The notes beneath the pieces are model-generated. The model saw nothing but the letters and a program-made list of their open reading frames with translations. It did no database searches and was not told where the DNA came from. From assembly GCA_945939115.1 (NCBI GenBank), contig CAMEVC010000011.1, positions 7,509 to 71,508 of the forward strand: a stretch of DNA of 64,000 nt, written 5' to 3'. This DNA is from an uncultured Eubacterium sp. (lineage in GTDB: Bacteria; Bacillota; Clostridia; Lachnospirales; Lachnospiraceae). Every line of letters begins with the position of its first letter. Position 1 is the first letter of the stretch. The translations under genes were made by a program, and so were the position numbers. Shown piece by piece: positions 28,870 through 38,995 of the stretch.

Positions 28870-29391
28870 ATGAAAAAGAGTCTGATCAATGTGATTACAC
28901 TTGCACTGGTACTGGTTAATCTGGTACTTACGGTGCTGCTTACATTTTCACTTGTATCAACCAATAAGAAGACGAATTCACTTATTACCAAGGTGGCAGA
29001 GATAATTGATCTGGATGCCGGAGGCGGTAGTGAAAATAATCCTTCTGGTGGAAGTACAAGCATTGAGGATATTAAGTATATTGATGTTAAGAACAACGAA
29101 AATACAGATATTATTGTTTCTTTCGTTGATGGAGGAAAGACAAGATATGCAGTTTTAACTGTGAGTCTCGGTCTTAATTCTAAAGCTAAAGATTATAATA
29201 ATGTGTCAACTGCAGTTGATAATGGAATGAAAGTTATTGTTAACAAGATTACTAACGAAGCTAACAAGTATACATACAGCACAATCAGTGCAAGTAAGAC
29301 TACAATGGAAGAGAATCTGTTAAAAGAACTCCAGGAACTTTTTAAGACAGAGACTATTGAGACGGTTCTTATTAATATGGTTGTTCAGTAA
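28870..29391 (+). CDS. fliL: Flagellar basal body-associated protein FliL
   Basis: N-terminal TM span, then a FliL-like domain (RYAVLTVSLGLN..., C-terminal VLINMVVQ). Sits upstream of fliM. ATG 28870 follows AGGAGG. Confidence 0.8.
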   Translation: MKKSLINVITLALVLVNLVLTVLLTFSLVSTNKKTNSLITKVAEIIDLDAGGGSENNPSGGSTSIEDIKYIDVKNNENTDIIVSFVDGGKTRYAVLTVSLGLNSKAKDYNNVSTAVDNGMKVIVNKITNEANKYTYSTISASKTTMEENLLKELQELFKTETIETVLINMVVQ

Positions 29392-29441
29392 CAACATTTG
29401 TATGATTATTATAAGAATGTATATGTAAGGAGGTGAGGAAG

Positions 29442-30425
29442 ATGGGAGAGGTTCTTTCACAAAGTGAAATAGATAACCTCTTAAAGGCTCTAAGCAGTGG
29501 AGAATTAGATGTTGATGAGATGAAGAATAATGACGAGAAGCAGGTTAAGAACTACGACTTTGCAAGACCGTCCAAGTTCTCCAAGGAACATTTGAGAACC
29601 CTTGAGATTATATTTGAACATTTTGGAAGACTTCTTGCAACCAATCTTCCGGCTTACCTTAGAAAGTCAGTGAGTGTAGATGTTGTTAATTCTGAGGTCG
29701 TTATTTATTCGGAATTCTCCAATGCCCTTTCTAACCCGGTTCTTTTAGGGGTTGTGGGTATGCAGCCGCTTGTGGGCAATATTATTATGGAGATGGCATC
29801 TAACCTCGGGTTTGCCATAGTGGACAGACTGCTCGGAGGAGTTGGTAATTCTCTTGATAAGGAGAGAGATTTCTCGGAGATTGAGCTTTCGATTCTTGAA
29901 AGAATTTTCTCGGTATGCGTGGGACTAATGCAGGAGCCATGGGAGAATGTTGTCAAGGTTAATCCAAGGCTTGAAAGAATTGAGACTAATTCGCAGTTTG
30001 CACAGATAATATCACCGAGTGAAACCATTGCTATTGTCACAATTAATCTGAAGATTGGCGAGGTCGAGGGACTTATGAATATATGTCTTCCTTATACAAC
30101 TTTAGAACCGGTAATGGATAAGCTTAATACCAAGTATTGGTTTGCCAATATGCAGGAGAAAGATTCTAATACATATGAAGATGCAATCGAGGCAGTAATT
30201 GACAAGGCAATGATACCGGTTAAGGCTGTTCTGGGTACATCGAAGATAAATGTATCAGATTTTGTTAATCTGCAGATAGGTGATATAATAAGGATTGATA
30301 AAAAGGTTGATCAGGAATTAGAAGTCTATGTAGGTAATATTAAGAAATTCATGGCACTACCTGGTTATTTTGATGATAAATATGCTGTAAGAGTTACAGA
30401 AGTAATAAGAGAGGAGAGTGAATAA
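29442..30425 (+). CDS. fliM: Flagellar motor switch protein FliM
   Basis: N-terminal CheY-P binding peptide LSQSEIDNLL. Middle CheC-like domain. C-terminal SpoA/FliN-like domain (INVSDFVNLQIGDIIRIDKKV). Confidence 0.95.
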   Translation: MGEVLSQSEIDNLLKALSSGELDVDEMKNNDEKQVKNYDFARPSKFSKEHLRTLEIIFEHFGRLLATNLPAYLRKSVSVDVVNSEVVIYSEFSNALSNPVLLGVVGMQPLVGNIIMEMASNLGFAIVDRLLGGVGNSLDKERDFSEIELSILERIFSVCVGLMQEPWENVVKVNPRLERIETNSQFAQIISPSETIAIVTINLKIGEVEGLMNICLPYTTLEPVMDKLNTKYWFANMQEKDSNTYEDAIEAVIDKAMIPVKAVLGTSKINVSDFVNLQIGDIIRIDKKVDQELEVYVGNIKKFMALPGYFDDKYAVRVTEVIREESE

Positions 30426-30427
30426 TA

Positions 30428-31702
30428 ATGGACGGAATGTTATCCCAGGATGAAATCAATGCACTTCTTAGTGGGATGAATGCAGGGGAAGATGTTGCAT
30501 CTGATTCTGCTGTGGCGACTAAGACAGAAGAGCCAGCCATAGATGATGCAGATACCGGCTTTACACTTACTGAGTCAGAAAAAGATGCTGTTGGAGAAAT
30601 TTCTAACATCAGTATGGGAACAGCAGCTACAACACTTAGTTCTCTTCTTTCTCAGAAAGTTAACATTACAACACCTAGGGTGGAAGTTGCAACTTGGGAG
30701 GATTTGTCTAGAAAATATGACAGACCGTGTGTTATGATGCAGATTTCTTACAAGGAAGGACTGGCAGGTAACAATGTTCTTATTCTTAAGGAGAATGATG
30801 TAAGAATAATCACGGATTTAATGATGGGAGGTGCCGGAGTTGCTAATCCGGATGAACCGCTCTCAGAACTTCATCTGAGCGCAATAGGTGAGGCTATGAA
30901 CCAGATGATGGGTTCAGCAGCAACGTCTCTTTCTTCAATGTTTAACAGAAAGATAGATATTAGTCCTCCAATAGCTAATCTTGTGGAGACTTATAATGAG
31001 CTGGATGAAAATATGCCTACATTCCTTAACAAGCCTTTTGTTATGGTGGCATTTAAAATGCAGATAGGAGAATTGATAGACAGCGAGATTATGCAGCTGT
31101 ATCCAAAAGAATTTGCCCAGGAACTTCTGGATATGTTTATGCCTTCATCTGACCCATCACCGAAAGTTGAAAAGAGTGCGCCTGAACCTGCACCACAGAC
31201 GGTGCAGCAGGAAATTCCACAGCAGACTGCTACAGCACAGCCACAGCAATCTATGCCGCAGCAGGGAATGCCAATGCAGGGAATGCCTATGGGAATGCCG
31301 CAGCAGGGAATGGGTATGCCTTACGGATATGGAATGCCAATGCAGGGAATGCCTATGGGAATGCCACAGCAGGGAATGCCTATGGCAGGATATGCGCCGG
31401 CTCAGGATGTTAATGTCGCTCCGGCTGCATTTCAGCCTTTTGCAGGCGATGTTAATTCGCTCACACAGAAAGAAAATATTGACCTTATTATGGATGTCCC
31501 TCTTGAGGTTACTGTTGAGCTTGGACGAACAACTAAATCAATAAAAGATATACTTGAATTTGCTCCAGGTACGATTGTTGAACTTAACAAAATAGCAGGT
31601 GAATCTGTGGATGTACTGGTTAATGGCAAATATGTTGCCAAGGGTGAAGTTGTAGTAATTGAGGAGAGTTTTGGCGTCCGTATTACTGAAATTATTAAGT
31701 AA
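30428..31702 (+). CDS. fliY: Flagellar motor switch phosphatase FliY (CheC-like + FliN domains)
   Basis: N-terminal LSQDEINALL peptide. Two CheC-type motifs (DAVGEISNISMGTAATTLS, SAIGEAMNQMMGSAATSLS). C-terminal FliN domain (LEVTVELGRTTKSIKDILEFAPGTIVELNKIAGESVDVLVNGKYVAKGEVVVIEESFGVRITEI). A Q/M/P/G-rich linker lies between them. Confidence 0.93.
   Translation: MDGMLSQDEINALLSGMNAGEDVASDSAVATKTEEPAIDDADTGFTLTESEKDAVGEISNISMGTAATTLSSLLSQKVNITTPRVEVATWEDLSRKYDRPCVMMQISYKEGLAGNNVLILKENDVRIITDLMMGGAGVANPDEPLSELHLSAIGEAMNQMMGSAATSLSSMFNRKIDISPPIANLVETYNELDENMPTFLNKPFVMVAFKMQIGELIDSEIMQLYPKEFAQELLDMFMPSSDPSPKVEKSAPEPAPQTVQQEIPQQTATAQPQQSMPQQGMPMQGMPMGMPQQGMGMPYGYGMPMQGMPMGMPQQGMPMAGYAPAQDVNVAPAAFQPFAGDVNSLTQKENIDLIMDVPLEVTVELGRTTKSIKDILEFAPGTIVELNKIAGESVDVLVNGKYVAKGEVVVIEESFGVRITEIIK
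31265..31378 (+). repeat. In-frame 48-nt near-perfect direct repeat (66-nt period) inside the fliY linker
   Basis: 31265-31312 and 31331-31378 are identical except for one base (G31300 / A31366). Each encodes GMPMQGMPMGMPQQGM, and GGAATGCC occurs many times in the tract. Confidence 0.9.
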
Positions 31703-31814
31703 ATTATTATTGGTTTCTAAAAAATGCAAAAAACAGTAGGAAATTTGTAATAATTGTTGTATAATACACTTAAATGATTTTGTGAAAAATTTGTTTTAGA
31801 TAGGAGAAATTCAT

Positions 31815-32177
31815 ATGGCAAAGAATATTTTAATTTGTGATGATGCGGCATTCATGAGAATGATGATTAAGGATATCCTCACAAAGAACGGATACAATAT
31901 TGCAGGAGAGGCAGAGAACGGACAAAAGGCTGTTGAGAAGTATGCTGAGTTAAAGCCGGACCTTGTTCTTATGGATATCACAATGCCAGAGATGGATGGT
32001 ATTGAGGCATTGAAGAAAATTAAGGCTGCAGACCCGTCAGCATCAGTTATTATGTGTTCTGCCATGGGACAGCAGGCTATGGTTATTGAATCAATACAGT
32101 CTGGAGCTAAAGACTTTATTGTTAAGCCATTCCAGGCAGACAGAGTTATTGAGGCGGTTCAGAAAGTTGTTGGTTAG
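31815..32177 (+). CDS. cheY: Chemotaxis response regulator CheY
   Basis: 120-aa stand-alone receiver: ILICDDAAFMR, DLVLMDITMPEMDG, MCSAMG, AKDFIVKPF. Confidence 0.95.
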   Translation: MAKNILICDDAAFMRMMIKDILTKNGYNIAGEAENGQKAVEKYAELKPDLVLMDITMPEMDGIEALKKIKAADPSASVIMCSAMGQQAMVIESIQSGAKDFIVKPFQADRVIEAVQKVVG

Positions 32178-32179
32178 TA

Positions 32180-32551
32180 ATGGTATTATTAGCAGGATTG
32201 AATAGTAGATGGGAAGCGTTTGCTCAATTGCTGACGCTTCTCGTTGTTTTTATATTTGTATTAGCGCTTACATATTTTGCCACAAGATGGGCCGGAAATC
32301 TTCAGAAGAATAAGATGGCTGGCAGCAATATACAGATTCTTGAGACGATGCGTGTCTCTAATACTAAGTATATACAGATTGTTAAGATTGGGAAGAAGTG
32401 CATTGCTATTGCAGTGTGCAAGGATACAATAACCTACCTGTGTGAGGTGAATGAGGAAGATCTGATGTATTCATCAGAGCATGGAACAATTAATACTGAA
32501 GGGTTTAAAGCTATACTTGATAAGTTTAAGAAAGACAAACCGGATAATTAG
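32180..32551 (+). CDS. fliO: Flagellar biosynthesis protein FliO (FliZ)
   Basis: Single TM span (LLTLLVVFIFVLALTYFATRW), then ILETMRVSNTKYIQIVKIGKKCIAIAV. Sits directly upstream of fliP. Confidence 0.8.
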   Translation: MVLLAGLNSRWEAFAQLLTLLVVFIFVLALTYFATRWAGNLQKNKMAGSNIQILETMRVSNTKYIQIVKIGKKCIAIAVCKDTITYLCEVNEEDLMYSSEHGTINTEGFKAILDKFKKDKPDN

Positions 32552-32570
32552 TTAGGCAGGATTGAAAGTT

Positions 32571-33374
32571 ATGTTACGGTGGATTAAGACGCATAGAAGG
32601 GCATTAGTTGGAATATCTATGGGAGTTGGCTTGTTTTTTGCAGTCCTCTCTCTGTTTACATACAGAGTAATGGCAGCAGATGAGGCAGAGACTTCGGGAA
32701 ACAGTCTTATTAATATAGGGATTTCAACAGGAAATGGCTCAGATATGGCCAGTGTGCTGCAGATGCTTCTGGTTCTTACTGTTATATCTCTGGCTCCGTC
32801 AATACTCATAATGCTTACGTCGTTTACACGTATTGTTATTGTGTTGCATTTTACGAGAGCTGCTCTTGGTACACAGACGGTACCGCCTAATCAGGTTATC
32901 ATAGGCTTGTCTTTATTTTTGACTTTTTTTGTAATGTCGCCTACATTTACAGAGATTTATAACAGTGCCTTAAAACCTCTGTCGAATAATGAGATTTCAG
33001 TGGAAGAAGCCTATGAGACAGGAGTAAAGCCACTCAGGACTTTTATGCTCAAGCAGACATCAACAAAGGATCTGGATACATTTTTTAAGATTGCAGGTTA
33101 TGAGGAGGGCTCGGTTACATCTGAGGAGGATATCTCAATGACTGTGCTTGTTCCTGCTTTTATTATAAGTGAATTAAGAATTGCATTTATTATCGGATTC
33201 CTTATATATATACCGTTTATTATTATAGATATGGTTGTATCATCAACCCTTATGTCCATGGGTATGATGATGCTGCCGCCGACTACGATTTCGGCGCCAT
33301 TCAAGATTCTGCTATTTGTAATGGCTGATGGATGGAATCTGATTATAGGCAATCTTGTAACTACATTTAAGTAG
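32571..33374 (+). CDS. fliP: Flagellar type III export apparatus protein FliP
   Basis: Signal-like N-terminus, then LLVLTVISLAPSILIMLTSFTRIVIVLHFTRAALGTQTVPPNQV and the C-terminal GMMMLPP...PFKILLFVMADGW. The start is ATG 32571 or TTG 32562. Confidence 0.95.
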   Translation: MLRWIKTHRRALVGISMGVGLFFAVLSLFTYRVMAADEAETSGNSLINIGISTGNGSDMASVLQMLLVLTVISLAPSILIMLTSFTRIVIVLHFTRAALGTQTVPPNQVIIGLSLFLTFFVMSPTFTEIYNSALKPLSNNEISVEEAYETGVKPLRTFMLKQTSTKDLDTFFKIAGYEEGSVTSEEDISMTVLVPAFIISELRIAFIIGFLIYIPFIIIDMVVSSTLMSMGMMMLPPTTISAPFKILLFVMADGWNLIIGNLVTTFK

Positions 33375-33397
33375 AGAATGGATGAAAGGAGAGTATT

Positions 33398-33664
33398 ATG
33401 GATGCTGGACAGGTTATAACAGTAGCGCGTCAGACAATATGGGTGATAGTTAAGACATCGGTACCGCTTTTGCTGGTATCTATGATAGTCGGACTCATTA
33501 TAAGTCTTTTTCAGACTCTTACTTCAATTCAGGAACAGACACTTACATTTGTTCCTAAACTGCTTGCTATTATGCTGGCTCTTATGATTATGGGAAACTG
33601 GCTGCTCAGTGAGATTGTATCGTTTATGCAAATGCTTTGGGGGAATTTCGGCCAGTATATATGA
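33398..33664 (+). CDS. fliQ: Flagellar export apparatus protein FliQ
   Basis: 88 aa, two TM segments, motif LFQTLTSIQEQTLTFVPKL. Confidence 0.93.
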   Translation: MDAGQVITVARQTIWVIVKTSVPLLLVSMIVGLIISLFQTLTSIQEQTLTFVPKLLAIMLALMIMGNWLLSEIVSFMQMLWGNFGQYI

Positions 33665-33682
33665 CGACAGGGATAGTGTGTT

Positions 33683-34456
33683 ATGGATTTTACATTTGCT
33701 TTGGCACAATTTGAATTATTTGTTTTGATTTTAATAAGGCTGGCATCTTTTGTATTTGCTGCGCCTTTTTTTAATATGGCGAATGTTCCCCAGCGGGTTA
33801 AGATTGGATTTTCTTTCTGCCTGGCGATTTTGGTTTATTCGCTTTCTCCGGATATGAGCGTAGAGTATAATGGGATGATAGAATATGCTGTCATTGTTGT
33901 ACAGGAAGTAATTGTGGGGATTCTTCTTGGTCTGGTGACATCTCTATGCGTGCAGATAATAATGTTTGCCGGTAAGATAATTGATATGGATATTGGTATA
34001 TCAATGGCCCAGTTGTATGACCCTACTACCAGAATGCAGGTGGGTATAATGGGCAATTTCTATTATTATATGATGATGCTGCTTCTCATTATATCGGGGA
34101 TGCATCAGTACCTTGTGGCGGCTATTGTGGAGACATACAAGGTTATTCCTATAGGAGGAGTGAAGTTTTCAGCGAGCATATATACGACACTTATAGGCTT
34201 TATGTCAGATTATTTTATTATAGGATTCAGAATTGCACTGCCTGTGTTTGCAGCAATTCTTGTGCTTAACTGTGTTTTGGCAATTCTTGCAAGGGTATCT
34301 CCGCAGATGAATATGTTTGTTGTGGGTATGCAGTTGAAGATATTTGTAGGTATATTTGTTATATTATTTACTATTTCAATGCTTCCGTCGATTTCTAATT
34401 TTATTCTGGACGAGATTGAGAAGTTGTTTGCTATGTTAGTGAGAGGTATGAGTTAG
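33683..34456 (+). CDS. fliR: Flagellar export apparatus protein FliR
   Basis: 257-aa polytopic protein (LILIRLASFVFAAPFF, GFRIALPVFAAILV) between fliQ and flhB. Confidence 0.9.
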   Translation: MDFTFALAQFELFVLILIRLASFVFAAPFFNMANVPQRVKIGFSFCLAILVYSLSPDMSVEYNGMIEYAVIVVQEVIVGILLGLVTSLCVQIIMFAGKIIDMDIGISMAQLYDPTTRMQVGIMGNFYYYMMMLLLIISGMHQYLVAAIVETYKVIPIGGVKFSASIYTTLIGFMSDYFIIGFRIALPVFAAILVLNCVLAILARVSPQMNMFVVGMQLKIFVGIFVILFTISMLPSISNFILDEIEKLFAMLVRGMS

Positions 34457-34494
34457 TGCAGGATACGTTGTATACATCAGACACATTGTTAAAA

Positions 34495-35592
34495 ATGAAT
34501 CTCCAGCTGTTCGCTAAAGACGGGCCTGGAGGAGAGAAAACCGAACCGGCTACAGCCAAGAAACTGAATGATATACGTAAAGAAGGACAGGTTGCAAAGA
34601 GCAAGGAGATAATAACAGCAATTTCTCTTATGGCACTTTTTATTATCCTTAAGGTGTATGTTGGCGGAATTGGTACTAAGCTGGTTAATGGATTTAAAAC
34701 AATATATGGAATGATGCAGAAGGTTGTGTTTGACAGTGCGCAGGGGATAACAGTGCGCATGGCAGGTAGTATTGTCAGAGAAGCGTTCACTCTTATTCTT
34801 GGTACAGTCATTCCGGTGCTTATTGTGGCTGTTATAATTTCTGTGCTTGGAAATATGCTGCAGCAGAAATGGATGGTAACAGCAAAACCTCTGGCACCAA
34901 AGGCCAGTAAGATTAATCCTATGAATGGATTTAAGAGAATGTTTTCTGTAAGACAGCTTTTTGAGCTGCTTAAATCTATAGCGATGATTTCGATAATAGG
35001 CATTATGGTATATAACTCAGTCAGAAAGAATATGAATATTATTCTGACATTTTATGATGTAACACTTTATACAGCTCTTTCTACAGTGGGCAATATTATC
35101 ATCAATCTTGGTATCCAGATAAGTGCGGTTTTTCTTGTTATTGGCTTTATTGACCTCATTTACCAGAGACACAAGTTTAAAACTGACAACATGATGACTA
35201 AACAGGAAATTAAAGATGAGTTTAAGAATACAGAAGGTGATCCGCAGGTTAAGGGACAGATTAGACGAAGGATGCAGGAGATTTCAAGGCGGAGAATGAT
35301 GCAGCAGCTCCCGGAGGCGGATGTGGTTATTACTAACCCTACACATTTTGCAGTTGCCTTAAAGTATGAGCCGGACTCAGGGAAAGCTCCTGTTGTTATT
35401 GCAAAGGGAGCAGATTATCTGGCGTTCCAGATAAGGGACAAAGCTAAGGAGTATAATATATCTATTGTTGAAAACAAGCCTCTTGCAAGAATTATATATC
35501 ACAATGTGGATATAGGCATGGAAATACCGCCGGAACTGTATTATGCCGTGGCAGAAATTCTTGCATCTGTTTTGCGCACAAATAATAGATAA
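34495..35592 (+). CDS. flhB: Flagellar export switch protein FlhB
   Basis: N-terminus MNLQLFAKDGPGGEKTEPATAKKL. Autocleavage site context VVITNPTHFAVALKY (NPTH). The track start GTG 34456 is possible, but ATG 34495 matches the family N-terminus. Confidence 0.93.
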   Translation: MNLQLFAKDGPGGEKTEPATAKKLNDIRKEGQVAKSKEIITAISLMALFIILKVYVGGIGTKLVNGFKTIYGMMQKVVFDSAQGITVRMAGSIVREAFTLILGTVIPVLIVAVIISVLGNMLQQKWMVTAKPLAPKASKINPMNGFKRMFSVRQLFELLKSIAMISIIGIMVYNSVRKNMNIILTFYDVTLYTALSTVGNIIINLGIQISAVFLVIGFIDLIYQRHKFKTDNMMTKQEIKDEFKNTEGDPQVKGQIRRRMQEISRRRMMQQLPEADVVITNPTHFAVALKYEPDSGKAPVVIAKGADYLAFQIRDKAKEYNISIVENKPLARIIYHNVDIGMEIPPELYYAVAEILASVLRTNNR

Positions 35593-35657
35593 TAGTCGAA
35601 TTATGTGATATAATATACCTTTAAGTGATAAGAACTATAATATACGAAAGGAGCAGG

Positions 35658-37700
35658 ATGATGAAGATTAAGAGAAATGACTTGTTTATCGGAATATATC
35701 TTCTTTCCGCAGTTTTATTCTTCATTATTTCTATTCCGTCGTGGCTGCTGGATATACTGCTTGCAGTTAATATCCTTGTGGCGCTTGTTATTTTGTTTAA
35801 TTCACTTTTTGCCAAGGAAGTTCTGGATATGGCATCTTTCCCTACGATGCTGCTTTTTACAACAATATTCAGAATCTCGCTGAATGTATCTTCTACCAAG
35901 CTTATATTAACAAAGGGCGATGCCGGTAAGGTTGTAAGTACTTTCGGACAGTTTGTTGGCGGCGGTAATCTTGTTATTGGTATCATCATTTTTATTATTC
36001 TCATTATCGTTCAGTTTGTTGTTATCAATAAGGGTTCTGAGAGAGTTGCTGAGGTAACGGCAAGATTCACACTTGATGCCATGGCTGGAAAGCAGATGGC
36101 TATTGATTCTGATCTTAACACAGGCGCAATAACTGATAAGGAAGCGGCAGAGAGAAGAAAGAAGCTCCAGCAGGAGAACAGTTTCTTTGGTTCCATGGAT
36201 GGTGCTACTAAGTATGTTAAAGGAGATGCTACTGCAGGTCTTATTATCACAGGAATCAATCTTGTTGGCGGTATTATCATGGGAATGATATATGGAGGGA
36301 TGACAATCAATGAAGCTCTCCAGAACTATACCATTCTTACAATCGGTGATGGGTTGAGTTCACAGATTCCATCTCTGCTTATTTCTTTGTCTACCGGTAT
36401 TCTTGTGACGAAGGCTTCCAGCGACGGCGAGCTGGGCGACGAGATGGTAGGACAATTGTTTTCTATGGACAGAGTTCTCATTATGGTCGGCGCTGCACTG
36501 GCTGTTTTAGGTATTATGACACCTCTTCCATGGTATATCTTTGTTCCTTTCGGATTAGCTCTTATTATTTACGGAAGAAGGCTTGGAGTTAAGGAAGGAG
36601 AGGCTAAGATAGAGGAGAGCGTGGAACAGGAGGAATCAGAGGCACAGGAGATTCGGAAACCGGAAAATGTGGTTTCTCTGCTTAATGTTGACCCTATTGA
36701 ACTGGAGTTCGGATATGGAATTATTCCTCTTGCAGATGTCAATCAGGGCGGAGACCTTCTTGACAGGGTTGTTATGATACGAAGACAGATTGCTCTGGAA
36801 CTTGGAGCGGTTGTGCCTATTATTCGACTTAGAGATAATATACAGCTTAATCCTAACCAGTATGTGATTAAGATTAAGGGGATTCAGGTCAGTGAAGGAG
36901 AGATACTGTTTGACCATTATATGGCTATGAATCCCGGATATGTGGAAGAAGAGATAACGGGTATTCCAACATTTGAACCATCCTTCCATCTGCCGGCTAT
37001 ATGGATAACAGAGAGCCAGAGAGAGAGGGCGGAGTCCTTGGGATATACTGTAGTTGACCCACCTTCAATTATTGCAACACATCTTACAGAGGTTATAAGA
37101 CAGCATATAGCAGAACTTCTTACAAGACAGGATGTTCAGAATCTTATCAATAACATTAAGGATAACAATACAACGCTTATTGATGAGCTTGTGCCTAAGC
37201 TTATGGGAGTTGGTGAGATACAGAAGGTGCTTCAGAACCTTCTTGAAGAGGGAATATCAATAAGAGACCTTGTTACAATTTTTGAGACGCTGGCAGATCA
37301 CGCATCTGTTACGAGAGACCCGGATATTCTTACGGAATATGTAAGGCAGAGTCTTAAGAGAGCAATCTCTAATAAGTATTTTCCTGTTGGGGATGTGACA
37401 AATGTTGTTACTGTGGACCCTTCTGTTGAACAGGAGATTATGAATTCAGTAAAGAACACGGAGCAGGGCTCATATCTGTCTCTTGACCCGGAGCGAAGCA
37501 GAAAAATTGTTGAATCGCTGGGCGGTGAACTCAAGAAACTTGAGGATATGGGAAAGAATCCGATTGTTATAACATCACCTATTGTGAGAATGTATTTCAG
37601 GAGACTCGCAAAGGACTATTACAAGGATATAATTGTGATTTCATATAATGAGGTGGAATCAAATGTTGAATTACAATCAGTTGGGATGGTGACAGCGTAA
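35658..37700 (+). CDS. flhA: Flagellar export gate protein FlhA
   Basis: FPTMLLFTTIFRISLNVSSTKLIL, FHIPEP-type region RFTLDAMAGKQMAIDSDL..., large C-terminal cytoplasmic domain. ATG 35658 follows AAAGGAGCAGG (track start GTG 35625). Confidence 0.96.
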   Translation: MMKIKRNDLFIGIYLLSAVLFFIISIPSWLLDILLAVNILVALVILFNSLFAKEVLDMASFPTMLLFTTIFRISLNVSSTKLILTKGDAGKVVSTFGQFVGGGNLVIGIIIFIILIIVQFVVINKGSERVAEVTARFTLDAMAGKQMAIDSDLNTGAITDKEAAERRKKLQQENSFFGSMDGATKYVKGDATAGLIITGINLVGGIIMGMIYGGMTINEALQNYTILTIGDGLSSQIPSLLISLSTGILVTKASSDGELGDEMVGQLFSMDRVLIMVGAALAVLGIMTPLPWYIFVPFGLALIIYGRRLGVKEGEAKIEESVEQEESEAQEIRKPENVVSLLNVDPIELEFGYGIIPLADVNQGGDLLDRVVMIRRQIALELGAVVPIIRLRDNIQLNPNQYVIKIKGIQVSEGEILFDHYMAMNPGYVEEEITGIPTFEPSFHLPAIWITESQRERAESLGYTVVDPPSIIATHLTEVIRQHIAELLTRQDVQNLINNIKDNNTTLIDELVPKLMGVGEIQKVLQNLLEEGISIRDLVTIFETLADHASVTRDPDILTEYVRQSLKRAISNKYFPVGDVTNVVTVDPSVEQEIMNSVKNTEQGSYLSLDPERSRKIVESLGGELKKLEDMGKNPIVITSPIVRMYFRRLAKDYYKDIIVISYNEVESNVELQSVGMVTA

Positions 37701-38995
37701 TGATAGTTAAGAAATTTCAGGCACAGACAGAGACAGAAGCAATATTAAAGGCGAAGGAAGAACTGGGAAGCAGCGCTGTCGTTCTTAATGTCAAAACACT
37801 TAAACAGAGAGGAGTTTTCAGGCTTTTTAAGAAGGATTCAGTGGAAGTTACAGCGGCTCTGGAGGAAAAGGATTTTATTAATGGCATTAACAGCAAGAAG
37901 CCTACATTTGCAGATAAGGAGAAAGAGAGAGTTTCTTCCGGTAATGATACAATGAAGAATATTACTGGAGACAGACCGGCAATCAATCTTGTCGCAGATG
38001 AGAAACTGGATATGGGGGGCAATGCTGCCAATATAGAGAAAAAGCTGGATTCTCTGCATTCGCTTCTCGAAAATCAGATGAGCAGCAGACCTTCACACAG
38101 TAATTCACAGATTATAGAGGATACAGGCGAGGAGGCAGCAACAGCTGAAAAGGATTCTGATGGAAAGAAGATTGTCAGGGAACGCGAGAATGCCAATTTC
38201 AAGTTCTTACAGCTTATCTATAAGAAAATGGTAGATAATGAGGTGGATTCCAGATATGCAGATGAGATAATTGGTGACATCGAGGCTTCACTCAAGAAGG
38301 AATCTAATATTGACAGTATTCTTGCAGCGGTATACCAGAAGATTATTCTTAAACTGGGAGAACCTAGAACAATTAAGCTTGGTGAAAAGCCAAAGGTTAT
38401 ATTTTTCATAGGACCTACAGGTGTTGGTAAAACCACAACTATTGCAAAGATTGCATCACATTTTAAACTTGAAAAGTATACAAAGGTTGCCTTCATAACT
38501 TCTGATACATACAGAATTGCAGCGGTGGAGCAGCTTAACACATATGCATCTATAATAGACTGCCCTGTAAGCGTTGCGTATTCTGCTGATGAGATGGATG
38601 AATGTCTTAATGAATTTAAGAATTATGAACTTATTCTTGTGGATACAGCAGGAAGATCCCATAAGTCAGAGGAACAGATGGAGGAATTAGAGGAACTTAT
38701 ATCCAGGGTTGGGAGCAGGAAGGATGAATTTGACTATGAAATATACCTGACTCTCAGCGTTACAACTAAGTATAAGGATTTGATTAATATTGCAGAGAAA
38801 TACGAACACATTAAGGACTGGGCTATTATTTTTACTAAGCTGGATGAGACATGCTGTCTTGGAAATATGCTTAATATGAAGCTGTTTACAGGAGCACCGT
38901 TATCCTATACTACGTCCGGACAGAATGTGCCTAATGATATAGAGGTGATTAACGAGCAGGGACTTGCAAAATTATTATTGGGAGGTAATTCATGA
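37700..38995 (+). CDS. flhF: Flagellar biosynthesis SRP-type GTPase FlhF
   Basis: G1 FIGPTGVGKTTTIAK, DTYRIAAVEQL, G3 LVDTAGRS, G4 FTKLDET. ATGA-type 1-nt overlap with the flhA stop (TAATG). Confidence 0.93.
   Translation: MIVKKFQAQTETEAILKAKEELGSSAVVLNVKTLKQRGVFRLFKKDSVEVTAALEEKDFINGINSKKPTFADKEKERVSSGNDTMKNITGDRPAINLVADEKLDMGGNAANIEKKLDSLHSLLENQMSSRPSHSNSQIIEDTGEEAATAEKDSDGKKIVRERENANFKFLQLIYKKMVDNEVDSRYADEIIGDIEASLKKESNIDSILAAVYQKIILKLGEPRTIKLGEKPKVIFFIGPTGVGKTTTIAKIASHFKLEKYTKVAFITSDTYRIAAVEQLNTYASIIDCPVSVAYSADEMDECLNEFKNYELILVDTAGRSHKSEEQMEELEELISRVGSRKDEFDYEIYLTLSVTTKYKDLINIAEKYEHIKDWAIIFTKLDETCCLGNMLNMKLFTGAPLSYTTSGQNVPNDIEVINEQGLAKLLLGGNS

Noticed and set aside
31113-31544. 143-aa alternative-frame ORF (C/R/E-rich) inside fliY.
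   Set aside because: It is generated by reading the GGAATGCC repeat tract out of frame. The fliY frame is continuous and conserved on both sides.
31703-31814. 112-nt gap before cheY containing TATAAT (…TTGTTGTATAATAC…), considered as an internal promoter.
   Set aside because: There is no acceptable -35 at 16-18 nt and no proper TGn extension. An isolated TATAAT in AT-rich DNA is weak evidence.
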